Positions 48,480-58,086 are shown, counted from the whole stretch's first letter. The stretch is 63,974 nt of DNA, filler included, from Actinomycetota bacterium (GCA_025963875.1; 8 parts of 8 records of this genome joined end to end with filler, not necessarily neighbours in it); one strand, 5' to 3'. Notes: generated by a model from the sequence alone, not told the origin. Numbers and translations are program-made.

Positions 48480-48827
48480 ATGCAATTGAAAGGATCAGGT
48501 GACGAATTGAGTATTGTCCTGGAGCCCCTCGGGAGCGAGCCGGGCCCTCTCGAGGCATGGGGGGAGCCGCTCGACGACGTATTCGGCGAGGGCCTCTCGA
48601 TGGACGAGCGGCTGGTCGTCTCCCCCTGCGAGGGCGCGCTACGCGACCGTCGTAGCAAAGAGGGCGAGTACGTCCTTGCCGGCGACGTCGTCGCCAAGGT
48701 TCGCGGCACCGACGGCGAGCTCGTCCCGGTGCACTCTCCCTTCGCCGGCTGGGTGATGGGCTACCTCGTCCCCCACGGCTCGCCTGTGAGGAGAAAAGAA
48801 CCGGTGCTGTGGCTTCGGAAGCACTAA
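48480..48827 (+). CDS. Biotinyl/lipoyl-fold (barrel-sandwich hybrid) protein lacking the attachment Lys motif
   Basis: VVSP.EG...EGEYV..GDVV...V.SPFAG.V...V..G..V...EPV. Confidence 0.6.
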   Translation: MQLKGSGDELSIVLEPLGSEPGPLEAWGEPLDDVFGEGLSMDERLVVSPCEGALRDRRSKEGEYVLAGDVVAKVRGTDGELVPVHSPFAGWVMGYLVPHGSPVRRKEPVLWLRKH

Positions 48828-48832
48828 CGGGA

Positions 48833-49855
48833 ATGCGAGTCTCGATCCGGGGCATCGGCAAAGCGGTGCCCGACCGGGTCGTCACCAATGCGGAGGTAGC
48901 GAAGCGCCTCGGCGTCGAGCCGGACTGGATCGAGTCCCGGACCGGGATCCGTGAACGCCGCTACGTGTCGGACGGCGAGTCCACCGCCACGCTCGGCTTG
49001 ACCGCCGCCCGGCAGGCCATGGAGCGGGCGGGGATCGCTCCTGCCGGCATCGACTGCGTCGTGGTGGGGACGTGCTCACCCGAGCACCAGTTCCCCTCGA
49101 CTGCCTGCGTGATCGCCCACGAACTGGGCATGACCGCCGCACCGGCCTTCGACCTCTCGGCGGCATGCTCGGGCTTCGTCTACTCGCTGGCGGTCGCGGC
49201 AGCCCTGACCGACGGCATCGGCGCCCGGCGGGTGCTCGTGATCGGGGCCGACGCCCTCTCCAAGAACCTGAATCTCGACGACCCCGTGACGGCTCCGCTG
49301 TTCGGCGACGGCGCCGGGGCCGTGGTGATCGAGCGGGACGAGTCCGCCACGCCCATGCGGTTCTCGTTGGGGGCCGACGGCGCCGGCGGCGAGCAGGTGT
49401 TCATCACCGCCGGCGGCAACCACAAGCCGTCCACCCCCGAGACCCTCGCCGAGCACCAACACTGCATCACCATGCACGGGCGGGAGGTCTACCGGTCCGC
49501 GGTGCGGACGATGACGGCGCTGGGAGCCGAGATGGGGGCCGGCGGGTTCGACCTGCTCATCGCCCACCAGGCCAACCGCCGGATCCTCACCGACTGCGCC
49601 GCCGCCCTCGACGTCGACATGTCCAAGGTCTACATGAACATCGACCGGTACGGGAACACGTCGGGCGCCTCGATCCCCGTCGCCATGTGCGAGGCCTGGG
49701 AAGCGGGGTTGCTCTCGCCGGGCGACCGCCTGCTCCTGCTGGCCTTCGGCGGCGGCTACACCTGGGGCGGCGCCATGATCCACTGGAACCTCCCGTCCCC
49801 CGGAAGCGTCAACGGCGTCGCCAAGGAAGCACTGCTCGGGGTGGGCCTCCCGTGA
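48833..49855 (+). CDS. fabH: Beta-ketoacyl-ACP synthase III
   Basis: WIESRTGIRERR, AACSGF, FGDGAGA, HQAN, GNTSGAS. Confidence 0.93.
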   Translation: MRVSIRGIGKAVPDRVVTNAEVAKRLGVEPDWIESRTGIRERRYVSDGESTATLGLTAARQAMERAGIAPAGIDCVVVGTCSPEHQFPSTACVIAHELGMTAAPAFDLSAACSGFVYSLAVAAALTDGIGARRVLVIGADALSKNLNLDDPVTAPLFGDGAGAVVIERDESATPMRFSLGADGAGGEQVFITAGGNHKPSTPETLAEHQHCITMHGREVYRSAVRTMTALGAEMGAGGFDLLIAHQANRRILTDCAAALDVDMSKVYMNIDRYGNTSGASIPVAMCEAWEAGLLSPGDRLLLLAFGGGYTWGGAMIHWNLPSPGSVNGVAKEALLGVGLP

Positions 49856-50577
49856 GCGCTCTCCAAAACCGGGTCGGCTTCGTCACCGGCGCCAGCCGGG
49901 GCATCGGGCGGGCCTCCGCGCAGGCCCTTGCCGAGGAGGGCGTCCGGGTGGCCATCGGGTACCGGGAGGACAAGGAGGGCGCGGCTGCGGCATCGGCACT
50001 GTGCCCCTGCTCGATCATGGTGCGCATCGACGTCACGAGTCCCGAGAGCGTCGCCAGTGCCTTCGACGAGATCGAGAAGGCGCTGGGCCCGGTGGAGGTG
50101 CTCGTCAACAACGCAGGGCTGCGCCGCGACGGCCTGCTCATGCGCTTGAAGGAGAAGGACTGGGACGACGTCATCGCCACCAACCTCACCGGCGCCTTCC
50201 GCTGCACCAAGCGAGCCCTGCCCGGCATGCTGAGAGGGCGGTGGGGAAGGATCATCAGCATCGGCTCCGTCGCCGGCTCCGTCGGGAACCCGGGGCAGGC
50301 GAACTATGCAGCGGCGAAGGCCGGCCTCGTGGGCTTCACGAAGTCCGTGGCCAGGGAGGTGGCCGGCCACGGCGTGACCGCCAATGTGGTGGTGCCCGGC
50401 CTCGTGGACACCGCCATGACCCTCAACCTGCCGGCCGCCCAGCGGGAGAAGCTCGTCGAGCGGATCCCGATGGCCCGCACCGGCACGCCGGAGGAGGTGG
50501 CGGAGGCGGTTCGGTTCTGCGCCCGGGCGTCGTACATGACCGGCAACGCCGTCACGGTCGACGGGGGAATCGCATAA
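49852..50577 (+). CDS. fabG: 3-oxoacyl-ACP reductase
   Basis: TGASRGIG, NNAG.RRDGL, GQANYAAAKAG. Confidence 0.92.
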   Translation: MSALQNRVGFVTGASRGIGRASAQALAEEGVRVAIGYREDKEGAAAASALCPCSIMVRIDVTSPESVASAFDEIEKALGPVEVLVNNAGLRRDGLLMRLKEKDWDDVIATNLTGAFRCTKRALPGMLRGRWGRIISIGSVAGSVGNPGQANYAAAKAGLVGFTKSVAREVAGHGVTANVVVPGLVDTAMTLNLPAAQREKLVERIPMARTGTPEEVAEAVRFCARASYMTGNAVTVDGGIA

Positions 50578-50685
50578 GAACGCTTTGAGGTACACAAGCC
50601 GGAGTAGATGAAGGCACCTGTGGTAGAAACCGGCAGGGGAAAGGATCCTTGTGGGGGCCGGTCTGGGGATCGAGAGGAGAACGAA

Positions 50686-50949
50686 ATGGGTAGTGCTGAC
50701 AGCAACAAGGAGATTCTGGAGGCCCTGCGTGAGGTCCTGGTGGACCGCCTGAAGGTCGAGGCGGAGGCGGTGACGCCCCAGGCCAACCTGTTCGACGACC
50801 TCGGGCTGGACTCGATCGACCTGATGAGCGCGGTGATGGCCATCGAGGAGCGCTTCGAGATCGAGGTGTCCGACGCCGAGCTTGAGAACGTCACGACCGT
50901 GGGGGAGGCAGTGGAGATTCTCGGTGCCAAGGTCGCCGCAAGTGCCTGA
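50686..50949 (+). CDS. acpP: Acyl carrier protein
   Basis: DDLGLDSID, IEERFEIEV; GAGGAG RBS. Confidence 0.92.
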   Translation: MGSADSNKEILEALREVLVDRLKVEAEAVTPQANLFDDLGLDSIDLMSAVMAIEERFEIEVSDAELENVTTVGEAVEILGAKVAASA

Positions 50950-52177
50950 GAGACGCCGCATCGCCGTCACCGGCATCGGGCCGGTCACGCCGATCGGGAC
51001 GGGGGTCGAGGACTTCTGGGCCGCCATGATTGCCGGCAAGTCCGGCGCCGGGCCGATCACCCGCTTCGACGCCACGGACTTCAAGTCCAAGGTGGCTGCG
51101 GAGATCAACGGCTTCGAGATCACCGACTACCTGCCGGCGAAGAACGCCCGCCGGCTCGACCGCTTCTCGCAGCTCGCCTACGCCGCGGCGACCCTCGCCC
51201 TGGCCGACGCCCGTATGAAGCCGTCCGACCCCGACCCCGCCCGGGTGGGCATGGTGATCGGCAGCGGCATCGGCGGCATCGGCCTGTGGGAGGAGGAGCA
51301 CACGGCGATGCTGAAACGCGGCCCACGCTTCGTGAGCCCGTCGCTCATTGCCATGATGATCCCGAACGCAGCAGCCGGATCCCTGGCCATCGAGTTCGGC
51401 TTCACCGGGCCGAACGAGTGCACCGTCACCGCCTGCGCCTCGAGCGGCCACGCCATCGCCAGGGCGATGGACTACATCCGCAGCGGGGCCGCCGACGTAG
51501 TGCTGGTCGGCGGGGCCGAGTCGTGCATCTCGCCGATGTCGGTGGCCTCGTTCTGCTCCGCCCGGGCCCTCACCACCCGGAACGACGACCCCGAGCACGC
51601 GTCGAGGCCCTTCGACCGCGACCGTGACGGCTTCGTGATCGGCGAGGCGGCCACGGTACTGGTCTTCGAGGCAATGGAGCACGCCCGCAACCGCGGTGCC
51701 CGCATCCTGGCCGAGGCCATCGGCTACGGGCTGTCCTCGGACGCCTACCACGTCGTCGCACCCCATCCGGACGGAGCCGGCGCCTCGGCGGCCATGACCG
51801 CCGCGCTGGCCGACGCCCAGCTCGCCCCTGGGGAGGTGGGCTACATCAATGCCCACGCCACCTCGACCGAGCTGGGGGACGCCTCGGAGGCCAAGGCGGT
51901 GCGCAAGGTCTTCGGCAGCCAGCCGCCGCCCACATCGGCCACCAAGTCCATGACCGGGCACCTGCTGGGGGCCGCGGGGGCCACCGAGGCGGCGGCGTCG
52001 ATCCTGGCGATGTTGCGGGGGAAGCTGCCGCCGACGATCAACTACGAGAACCCCGATCCCGAGTGCGACCTGGACGTCGTGCCGAACAAGGCACGGGACG
52101 CGAAGGTCGACGTCGTGATGTCGAACTCGTTCGGCTTCGGCGGCCACAACGTCTCGGTGCTCTTCGGCCGGCACTGA
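50942..52177 (+). CDS. fabF: Beta-ketoacyl-ACP synthase II
   Basis: VTACAS, SRPFDRDRDGFV, NAHATST, KSMTGH, SNSFGFGGHN. Confidence 0.94.
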   Translation: MPERRRIAVTGIGPVTPIGTGVEDFWAAMIAGKSGAGPITRFDATDFKSKVAAEINGFEITDYLPAKNARRLDRFSQLAYAAATLALADARMKPSDPDPARVGMVIGSGIGGIGLWEEEHTAMLKRGPRFVSPSLIAMMIPNAAAGSLAIEFGFTGPNECTVTACASSGHAIARAMDYIRSGAADVVLVGGAESCISPMSVASFCSARALTTRNDDPEHASRPFDRDRDGFVIGEAATVLVFEAMEHARNRGARILAEAIGYGLSSDAYHVVAPHPDGAGASAAMTAALADAQLAPGEVGYINAHATSTELGDASEAKAVRKVFGSQPPPTSATKSMTGHLLGAAGATEAAASILAMLRGKLPPTINYENPDPECDLDVVPNKARDAKVDVVMSNSFGFGGHNVSVLFGRH

Positions 52178-52186
52178 AGCTGTCGC

Positions 52187-52234
52187 GAGGTTTCGTAACG
52201 ATTTGTTGCCTGACGACAAAAACTTACGAAACCT
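52187..52234. repeat. Long AT-rich inverted repeat between fabF and acpS
   Basis: GAGGTTTCGTAA...TTACGAAACCTC outer arms with inner TTTGTTG/CGACAAA. Confidence 0.7.
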
Positions 52235-52237
52235 CCG

Positions 52238-52597
52238 TTGATCCTTACGGGGATCGACGTCGTGCAGGTCGCGAGGCTGGAGTCCGCCCTGGAACGCTGG
52301 CCCCGCCTGGCGGCGCGGCTGTTCACCGCTGAGGAGCTCCGTTACGCCGCGACCCGCCCCCGCCCCGCCGAATCGCTGGCCGCCCGGTTCGCTGCCAAGG
52401 AGGCCACGATGAAGGCGCTCGGCGAGGGCTGGCCGAAGGTCTCGTGGCAGGACATCGAGATCGTCCGGGGCGAGGGCCGTCCGGAGCTCAGGCTGACCGG
52501 GCGGGCCGCCGCCCTCGCGGGCGACGGCCGCCTGGCCGTTTCGCTGGCCCACGACGGCGGTGTCGCCGTGGCCCAGGTGGTTCTGGAACTGCCCTAG
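52238..52597 (+). CDS. acpS: Holo-ACP synthase
   Basis: GIDVV, LAARFAAKEA..KAL, VSLAH. Confidence 0.93.
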   Translation: MILTGIDVVQVARLESALERWPRLAARLFTAEELRYAATRPRPAESLAARFAAKEATMKALGEGWPKVSWQDIEIVRGEGRPELRLTGRAAALAGDGRLAVSLAHDGGVAVAQVVLELP

Positions 52598-53289
52598 GAA
52601 GCGGCGACCGTCTCCGACCGCACGGCCGGCTCGTTGCGGCGCCTGCCCCCGGACTTGAGAGCGACGGCTGCCACGATGACGCCGAACAGCCCCACGACGA
52701 TCCCCAGCACGCCGAGCGTGGTCGCCCTCGAGGCTTTGCCGGCCGCCTGGATCTGAGCCGCCTGCAGCGACGCGATGCGCGGGTCGAGGTTGGTCAGTTT
52801 GGCCGCGAGCTCGCCGTTGGACGGGTCCTTGGCCGGGAACTGGATACCCCCGGCGTCGGCGACGTTGCTGAAGGCCTTGTCCGACGAGGTGAAGGTCTCG
52901 TCGATGTTCTGCCCGGCGATGGAGCCCGTGAAGTGGAAGGCGTAGGTTCCCGGCCGGGTCGGCGTGAGCGCCGAGTCGTACTCGCCCTGGGTGCCGTAGG
53001 TCGCGCCGAAGGCGGGGCGCAGGGCCAGCGTCTCCCCCTTCTGACCATTGAAGACCGGCGTGACGTTCAGGGTGTCACCGAGGTTGGTCACCGGCTTGCC
53101 GGCTGCATCGGCGAGGAACACCTGCACGGCGTTGCTGAATCCGGAGTAGGTGGGCTCGTTCTTCCAGCCGACGGTGAACGTGTACGCCCCGATGGTGCGG
53201 TGCTCGTGGGCGAGGGCTGGTGCTGCGAAGGCAACGACAGCGGTAAGGGCTGCAGCGGCGACTGCCGCGCGGCAAAGCGCATGCGACAC
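52594..53289 (-). CDS. Exported, C-terminally anchored protein with N-terminal His (candidate Cu-binding)
   Basis: Signal peptide ALA|HEHR, Ig-like beta core, C-terminal TM. Confidence 0.7.
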   Translation of the reverse strand: MSHALCRAAVAAAALTAVVAFAAPALAHEHRTIGAYTFTVGWKNEPTYSGFSNAVQVFLADAAGKPVTNLGDTLNVTPVFNGQKGETLALRPAFGATYGTQGEYDSALTPTRPGTYAFHFTGSIAGQNIDETFTSSDKAFSNVADAGGIQFPAKDPSNGELAAKLTNLDPRIASLQAAQIQAAGKASRATTLGVLGIVVGLFGVIVAAVALKSGGRRRNEPAVRSETVAAS

Positions 53290-53322
53290 GGGAGGTTCCT
53301 TTCGGTCGAGGAGTGAGCAGGC

Positions 53323-53925
53323 TCAGCTACCGGCCGGCACCGGCGGAGCCCTTCCCCTCGAAGCGTCGCAAAGGAACCGGAGGGCCGGGACAGCGAGGCC
53401 GTCCGGCACGTTGCATCCTCCACCGGCCCTCGGTGCCCGCCGCCCTCGCAGGGCGGATCCGAACGCACCGGCCGCCCGGGCCAGCCACCGAAGCAGCAGA
53501 GCTCCTGCGACGGCCACGAGCAACTGGATGGCGACCCCGAGCACGAACAGGTGGTGGGCGAACATGCCCGAGACACCGGCTCCCGACACCAGGCGCTCCC
53601 CCGCCTCGAGAGCGGTGAACGCCCCCACCTGGATGAGCGCGAGGCGCGTCGCGAGCTGGCGTGCGCTAAAGCGGATCGGCAGGGTGCCCCTGAGGCCCGC
53701 CCGGAAACCCCGGACCGCCACGACAGCGAGGCCCAGCACCTCGAGCAGGAGGGCGACGACGAGGGCGCTGTGCCAGTAGGAGTGGCCGGTCTGGGCGAGA
53801 TAGGTGTCCCGCTGGGCGCCCCCGGGGAGAGCCGCGAAGTACGCGAGCGAGTGGCCCGCCACGACGCCGGCGAAGGCAACGCCCGCCATCCATGGCCCCG
53901 GTCGGGCGCCCGGTCGCCTGTTCAT
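53323..53925 (-). CDS. His-rich hypothetical membrane protein
   Basis: TMs with GHSLAY, GHSYWH, HH; C-terminal RGRAPP. Confidence 0.65.
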   Translation of the reverse strand: MNRRPGARPGPWMAGVAFAGVVAGHSLAYFAALPGGAQRDTYLAQTGHSYWHSALVVALLLEVLGLAVVAVRGFRAGLRGTLPIRFSARQLATRLALIQVGAFTALEAGERLVSGAGVSGMFAHHLFVLGVAIQLLVAVAGALLLRWLARAAGAFGSALRGRRAPRAGGGCNVPDGLAVPALRFLCDASRGRAPPVPAGS

Positions 53926-53935
53926 GGTCGTAAGG

Positions 53936-55375
53936 CTACCGGTGGAGCCCGTAGCGAGCCAGCACCGCCGGGGCGGCCGGGAACACCTGCGTCAGGATGT
54001 CGATGAGGTTCGGCGGGCGGGCGATGCGATAGGCGTACCGGGCGACGTACTGGCGCAGGGCGCAGTCCACCTGCTCGGGCGGACCGAGGGCCGCAAGGGC
54101 CTGGGGCGTCTGGGCGTAGACGCCACGGTAGTAGCTCGATGCGTGCGCATTCCAGTAGGTCATGGGCTGGCCCGCCATGCCCTTGGCGTCGGCAGGCATG
54201 GGGGTCGCGATCCAGGCGGAAAGGGTGTGTTCGTAGCCGTACTCCGCCCAGCTTGCCAGGCCCTCGTCCAGCCACGGGTCGCGGGCCTGGTCGTCGGTGA
54301 CGAGGGCGTAGAACCACTCGTGGCCCAACTCGTGGCTCGTCGTCCGGCCCAGCGTGCCGGGGCCCTGCATCACATGCATCGGGTACTCGATGCCGGACGT
54401 CCCCGGCCCGTAGGTGAGGGCAAGGCTGTAGCTCGGCCATGGATAGGAACCGAAACGGCGGGCGTAGGAGGCGATGACGTCCCGCACCTTCGTCAGGTAC
54501 GGCTGCGGCGAGTCGCTGAGGCCCTGCGCCACTCCGACGGTGACGGCGACCGGCGTGGCCCTCCCACCGTCGGTGGTCCCCGTCGCCAGGGTGAACATCC
54601 CCGCCGACAGCCCCACGTCGGGCACGCCGACGGCGCTGAAGTGGCCCGGCCGGTCGTTGACCCCGGTCGCGAGGACCGTCCAGCCGTCGGGGGCGGTGAC
54701 CGTGAGATCGAAGTCCGCCGCCGGGGAGGTGGTGGCCTCGGCGTAGGCGGTGGTCGGCGGGTCCGTCGCCCACCCGACCCCGGGCTCCCACGGGAGCAGG
54801 GGGAAGAAGGTCCCCATCCGCACCGCCGGCCCGTCGTCGCCGATCCGGTCCCGGACGTTGCCGGGCAGGGTCAGGCGCCACGGCATCGACACCGTCACGG
54901 ACTGCCCGGCGGCGAGGGGGCGAGGGAGCGGAACGGTCATGGTGGTCGGGTCGGGCTGGCTGGGCGTCGCCGGTGACCCGTCGACCGTCACGGCCCCCGG
55001 CGCCAGGTGCGCCCCCTCCTGCGTGAGGACCGGCCCATTCGGCCAGAGGCGGAACACGAGGTGGTCGATGGGTTGGTCAGGGGTGAAGACCACCGTCATG
55101 TCGCCCGACGCCACGTGCTCCACGGGCCGGATGTCGACGGTGAGTGTGTAGCGGGGCCGGTCGGCCCTGGGGCCCGCTCGTGGGGGCGCGGCGGGACAGC
55201 CTCCGGTTGCCGCTGGGAGCGGCGTCGCCACTGCCGGGGTCGGACTGGGACTGGGACTGGGACTGAGGGAGGGGGTGGGGATGGGGAGGGCCACCGCCCT
55301 GGGTGGCACCGTCGCGTGGCAGGCGCTGCCTGCGAGCGCGACGACCACGAGGACGGCCAGCCCGGCCCGGCTCAC
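53936..55375 (-). CDS. M1-family zinc aminopeptidase, probable lipoprotein
   Basis: GIEYP, HELGHEW, WLDEG; LAGSAC lipobox-like; PS-repeat linker. Confidence 0.85.
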   Translation of the reverse strand: MSRAGLAVLVVVALAGSACHATVPPRAVALPIPTPSLSPSPSPSPTPAVATPLPAATGGCPAAPPRAGPRADRPRYTLTVDIRPVEHVASGDMTVVFTPDQPIDHLVFRLWPNGPVLTQEGAHLAPGAVTVDGSPATPSQPDPTTMTVPLPRPLAAGQSVTVSMPWRLTLPGNVRDRIGDDGPAVRMGTFFPLLPWEPGVGWATDPPTTAYAEATTSPAADFDLTVTAPDGWTVLATGVNDRPGHFSAVGVPDVGLSAGMFTLATGTTDGGRATPVAVTVGVAQGLSDSPQPYLTKVRDVIASYARRFGSYPWPSYSLALTYGPGTSGIEYPMHVMQGPGTLGRTTSHELGHEWFYALVTDDQARDPWLDEGLASWAEYGYEHTLSAWIATPMPADAKGMAGQPMTYWNAHASSYYRGVYAQTPQALAALGPPEQVDCALRQYVARYAYRIARPPNLIDILTQVFPAAPAVLARYGLHR

Positions 55376-55382
55376 CGGAGGT

Positions 55383-56204
55383 CTAGACGGAACGCCGGTA
55401 CTTGTTCACCGAGAGCGGGACGAAGACGACGAGGATCCCCACCACCCAGCCGATGGACGCCCAGAGGTGGTAGGCCTGCGACGGCCACCCCTCCAGCAGG
55501 GCCCGGAGGGAGTCGACGGTCACGCTGACCGGGTTGATCTTCGCCCAGGCCTGCAGCCAGCCCGGCAGACTCGACGCCGAGACGAACGCCGTGCTGGCGA
55601 ACACCAGCGGGAAGATCCACACAAAGCTCGCCGCTTGCGTGGACTCGACGTCGCGCACCGCGAGCCCGATCCAGGCCGAGATCCACGAGAAGGCAAGGCC
55701 AAACGCCAGAGCCAGCACGACCCCGGCCACGGCGGGGACGATGCTGGTGTGGATCCGGAACCCGACCAGGTAGCCCACGATGGTCATGAGCAGGACCACG
55801 AACGCGTTGCGAACCGTGTCCGACAGCGTCCGGCCCGCCAGCACCGCGGAGCGGGCCATGGGCAGCGAGCGGAAACGGTCCACCATGCCCTTCGTCAGGT
55901 CCTCGGCCAGGCCCACACCGGTCTGCGTGGAGCCGAAGATGACCGTCTGGATGAAGATGCCCGGCATGAGGTAATCGACGTACGGATACGGGAAAAAGGG
56001 CAACCGGATGGCGTTCCCGAAGACGTACCGGAACAGCAGGACGAACATCACCGGCTGGATGGTCGAGAACACCAGGAGGCTCGGCACCCGCACGTAGCGG
56101 ATCAGGTTGCGTTTCGTGACGGCCAGGATGTCCGAGACTGTGTTCGCCACGGTGCCGTGGTGGACTACCGGCGGCGCCGGGGCCTCGACGTCGATGGCGC
56201 TCAC
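55383..56204 (-). CDS. ABC-2 transporter permease (DrrB-like)
   Basis: QPVMFVLLF.YVFG, DRFRSLPMARSAVL.GR, NPVS. Confidence 0.9.
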   Translation of the reverse strand: MSAIDVEAPAPPVVHHGTVANTVSDILAVTKRNLIRYVRVPSLLVFSTIQPVMFVLLFRYVFGNAIRLPFFPYPYVDYLMPGIFIQTVIFGSTQTGVGLAEDLTKGMVDRFRSLPMARSAVLAGRTLSDTVRNAFVVLLMTIVGYLVGFRIHTSIVPAVAGVVLALAFGLAFSWISAWIGLAVRDVESTQAASFVWIFPLVFASTAFVSASSLPGWLQAWAKINPVSVTVDSLRALLEGWPSQAYHLWASIGWVVGILVVFVPLSVNKYRRSV

Positions 56205-57211
56205 GCCCGCCCCCTTCCCCGCCGGCCGCCGCGGGCAGCCGCGGCCTGGCCGTTCGCGGGCGCCTCCTCGGCGGCGTGTCCGGTGAGGGTCATGAAGACG
56301 TCGTCGAGCGTCGGGCGGCGGAGAGCCAGGTCCGTGAATTCCACGCCCGCCTGGTCCAGCCGCCGGACGGTCTCGGCCAGCACGTGTCCCCCGTGCTCGC
56401 CGACGGGGACCGTGATCCTGCGGGTGATCTCGTCGACGTGCGGAGCCCCCGTGCCGAGGCCCGACAGCTGCGCCACGGCGACCTCGAGCTGCGACGGGTC
56501 GGCGACCACCACCTCGATCACCTCGCCGCCCACCCGGGACTTGAGCTCGTCGGGGGTCCCCTCCGCGATGACGTGCCCGCCGTCGATGACCGCGATCCGG
56601 TCGGAGAGGACGTCGGCTTCCTCGAGGTACTGCGTGGTGAGCAGCAACGTCGTCTCCTCCTGCACCAGCTCCCGGATGATTCCCCAGAGCTGCATGCGGC
56701 CCCGCGGGTCGAGCCCCGTGGTGGGCTCGTCGAGGAAGAGCACCTGCGGGTTGGCGACGAGGCTGGCCGCCAGGTCGAGGCGGCGGCGCATGCCACCGGA
56801 GTAGGTCTTGGCCTGCCGGTCGGCGGCCTCGATGAGGTCGAAGCGCTCGAGCAGCTCCACCGCACGCTTCCGGGACTCCGGCTTCCCGATGTGGTTCAGC
56901 ACGCCGACGAGCTCGAGGTTCTCCCGTCCGGTCAGGTGCTCGTCGACCGCCGCGTACTGGCCGGTCAGGCCGATCACCGACCGGAGGGTGGCGGCCTCCT
57001 TGACCACGTCGTAGCCCGCCACCCGGGCCTCCCCGTCATCGGGCGGCAGTAGCGTCGCGAGGATGCGGACCATGGTGGTCTTGCCGGCTCCGTTGGGGCC
57101 CAGCAGCCCGAACACGGTGCCGCGCGTGACTTCGATGTCGACGCCGTCGAGGGCGCGGACCTCACCGAAGTACTTCTTGAGTCCGTGAACGATGATCGCC
57201 GGTTCGGCCAA
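56201..57211 (-). CDS. ABC transporter ATP-binding protein (DrrA-like)
   Basis: GPNGAGKT, YSGGMRRRLDLA, FLDEPT, TTQYLEEAD. Confidence 0.92.
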   Translation of the reverse strand: MAEPAIIVHGLKKYFGEVRALDGVDIEVTRGTVFGLLGPNGAGKTTMVRILATLLPPDDGEARVAGYDVVKEAATLRSVIGLTGQYAAVDEHLTGRENLELVGVLNHIGKPESRKRAVELLERFDLIEAADRQAKTYSGGMRRRLDLAASLVANPQVLFLDEPTTGLDPRGRMQLWGIIRELVQEETTLLLTTQYLEEADVLSDRIAVIDGGHVIAEGTPDELKSRVGGEVIEVVVADPSQLEVAVAQLSGLGTGAPHVDEITRRITVPVGEHGGHVLAETVRRLDQAGVEFTDLALRRPTLDDVFMTLTGHAAEEAPANGQAAAARGGRRGRGRA

Positions 57212-57394
57212 ACGAAGTCCCCTCAGTCGCTCGCCCGTTCGCCGTGCGGGTGATCTCCCCGGCACTCGTCGGGCATGGCAAGGAAGTACCGATGATTCCA
57301 CACCTTTGGCACGTCTGCCCGACACGAGCCCGGAAAGGGCTGCGCCGGGCCTTGAAGGCCCGGCGCAGAGACCGAAGTGTGCGGCCCCGGGGAT

Positions 57395-57844
57395 CTAGCG
57401 GATCTGGCCCTTCAGGCAGTTGGCGAAGCCGGTCATCATGGCGCCGGCGACGTCCTGCATCATGCCCCGGCCGTACTGGGCCACGGCCCCCGACATGTTG
57501 ATGTCCTGGCTGACCTTGACGTGGGTAGAGCCGCCCTGGTCGGTGATCTGGGCGACGACGTTGGCGTCGGCCTGGCCCTTGCCCTTCTCCTCCCGACCGG
57601 TCGCCTTCATGACCACGCGGCCCGTCTGGTTGTCCAACTCGGTGATGGTGACCGTTCCAGAGAAGGTGAGGTCCATGGCCCCCATCTTGACCTTCATCTT
57701 GCCCTTGAAGGTCTTGTCGTCGACGATCTGGGTGAGTTGGGCGCCGGGCAGGCACTTGGCCACCTTCTCGACGTCCAGCAGGTACGCCATCACCTTGTCA
57801 GGCGCGGCGGGTACGGTGAACTCGTTCTCGATGATCATTCCCAT
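57395..57844 (-). CDS. CoxG/SRPBCC paralog without C-terminal tail
   Basis: IENEFTVPA, CLPGA, VMKATG.EEKGKGQA, AQYGRGMMQDV; AGGAGG RBS. Confidence 0.85.
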   Translation of the reverse strand: MGMIIENEFTVPAAPDKVMAYLLDVEKVAKCLPGAQLTQIVDDKTFKGKMKVKMGAMDLTFSGTVTITELDNQTGRVVMKATGREEKGKGQADANVVAQITDQGGSTHVKVSQDINMSGAVAQYGRGMMQDVAGAMMTGFANCLKGQIR

Positions 57845-57960
57845 CTTGAACCAACCTCCTTTTGCGTGCTTCGCCCTGCCGCGTTGGCAGCGACTCCAGG
57901 GTCCCCGCGGCGCGAGGCCTTAAGGGATGTCTACCCACATTCCGGTCCGAGGTGATGTCG

Positions 57961-58033
57961 TGGAGCTGAGGCGACTCGAACGCCCGGCCTCCTGCATGCC
58001 ATGCAGGCGCTCTACCAGCTGAGCTACAGCCCC
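57961..58033 (-). tRNA. tRNA-Ala(GGC)
   Basis: GGGGCTGTAGCTCAGCTGGTAGAGCG...GGC anticodon...GTTCGAGTC...CAGCTCCA; G3:U70; CCA not encoded. Confidence 0.96.
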
Positions 58034-58086
58034 GCGGCCCACCACCATAGCACCGCCCCCATGGCGCCTCCACGAACGCCGGGACC

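Noticed and set aside
47476..52597. Type II polyketide cluster
   Set aside because: No chain-length factor or cyclases; the genes are canonical FAS-II.
55241..55266. GGACTG tandem repeat
   Set aside because: Encodes a Pro-Ser linker of the aminopeptidase; the unit is a multiple of 3, so it is not a phase-variation switch.
57900..58033. tRNA-Ala as an integration site for an island
   Set aside because: No integrase and no duplicated tRNA 3' end visible on this contig.
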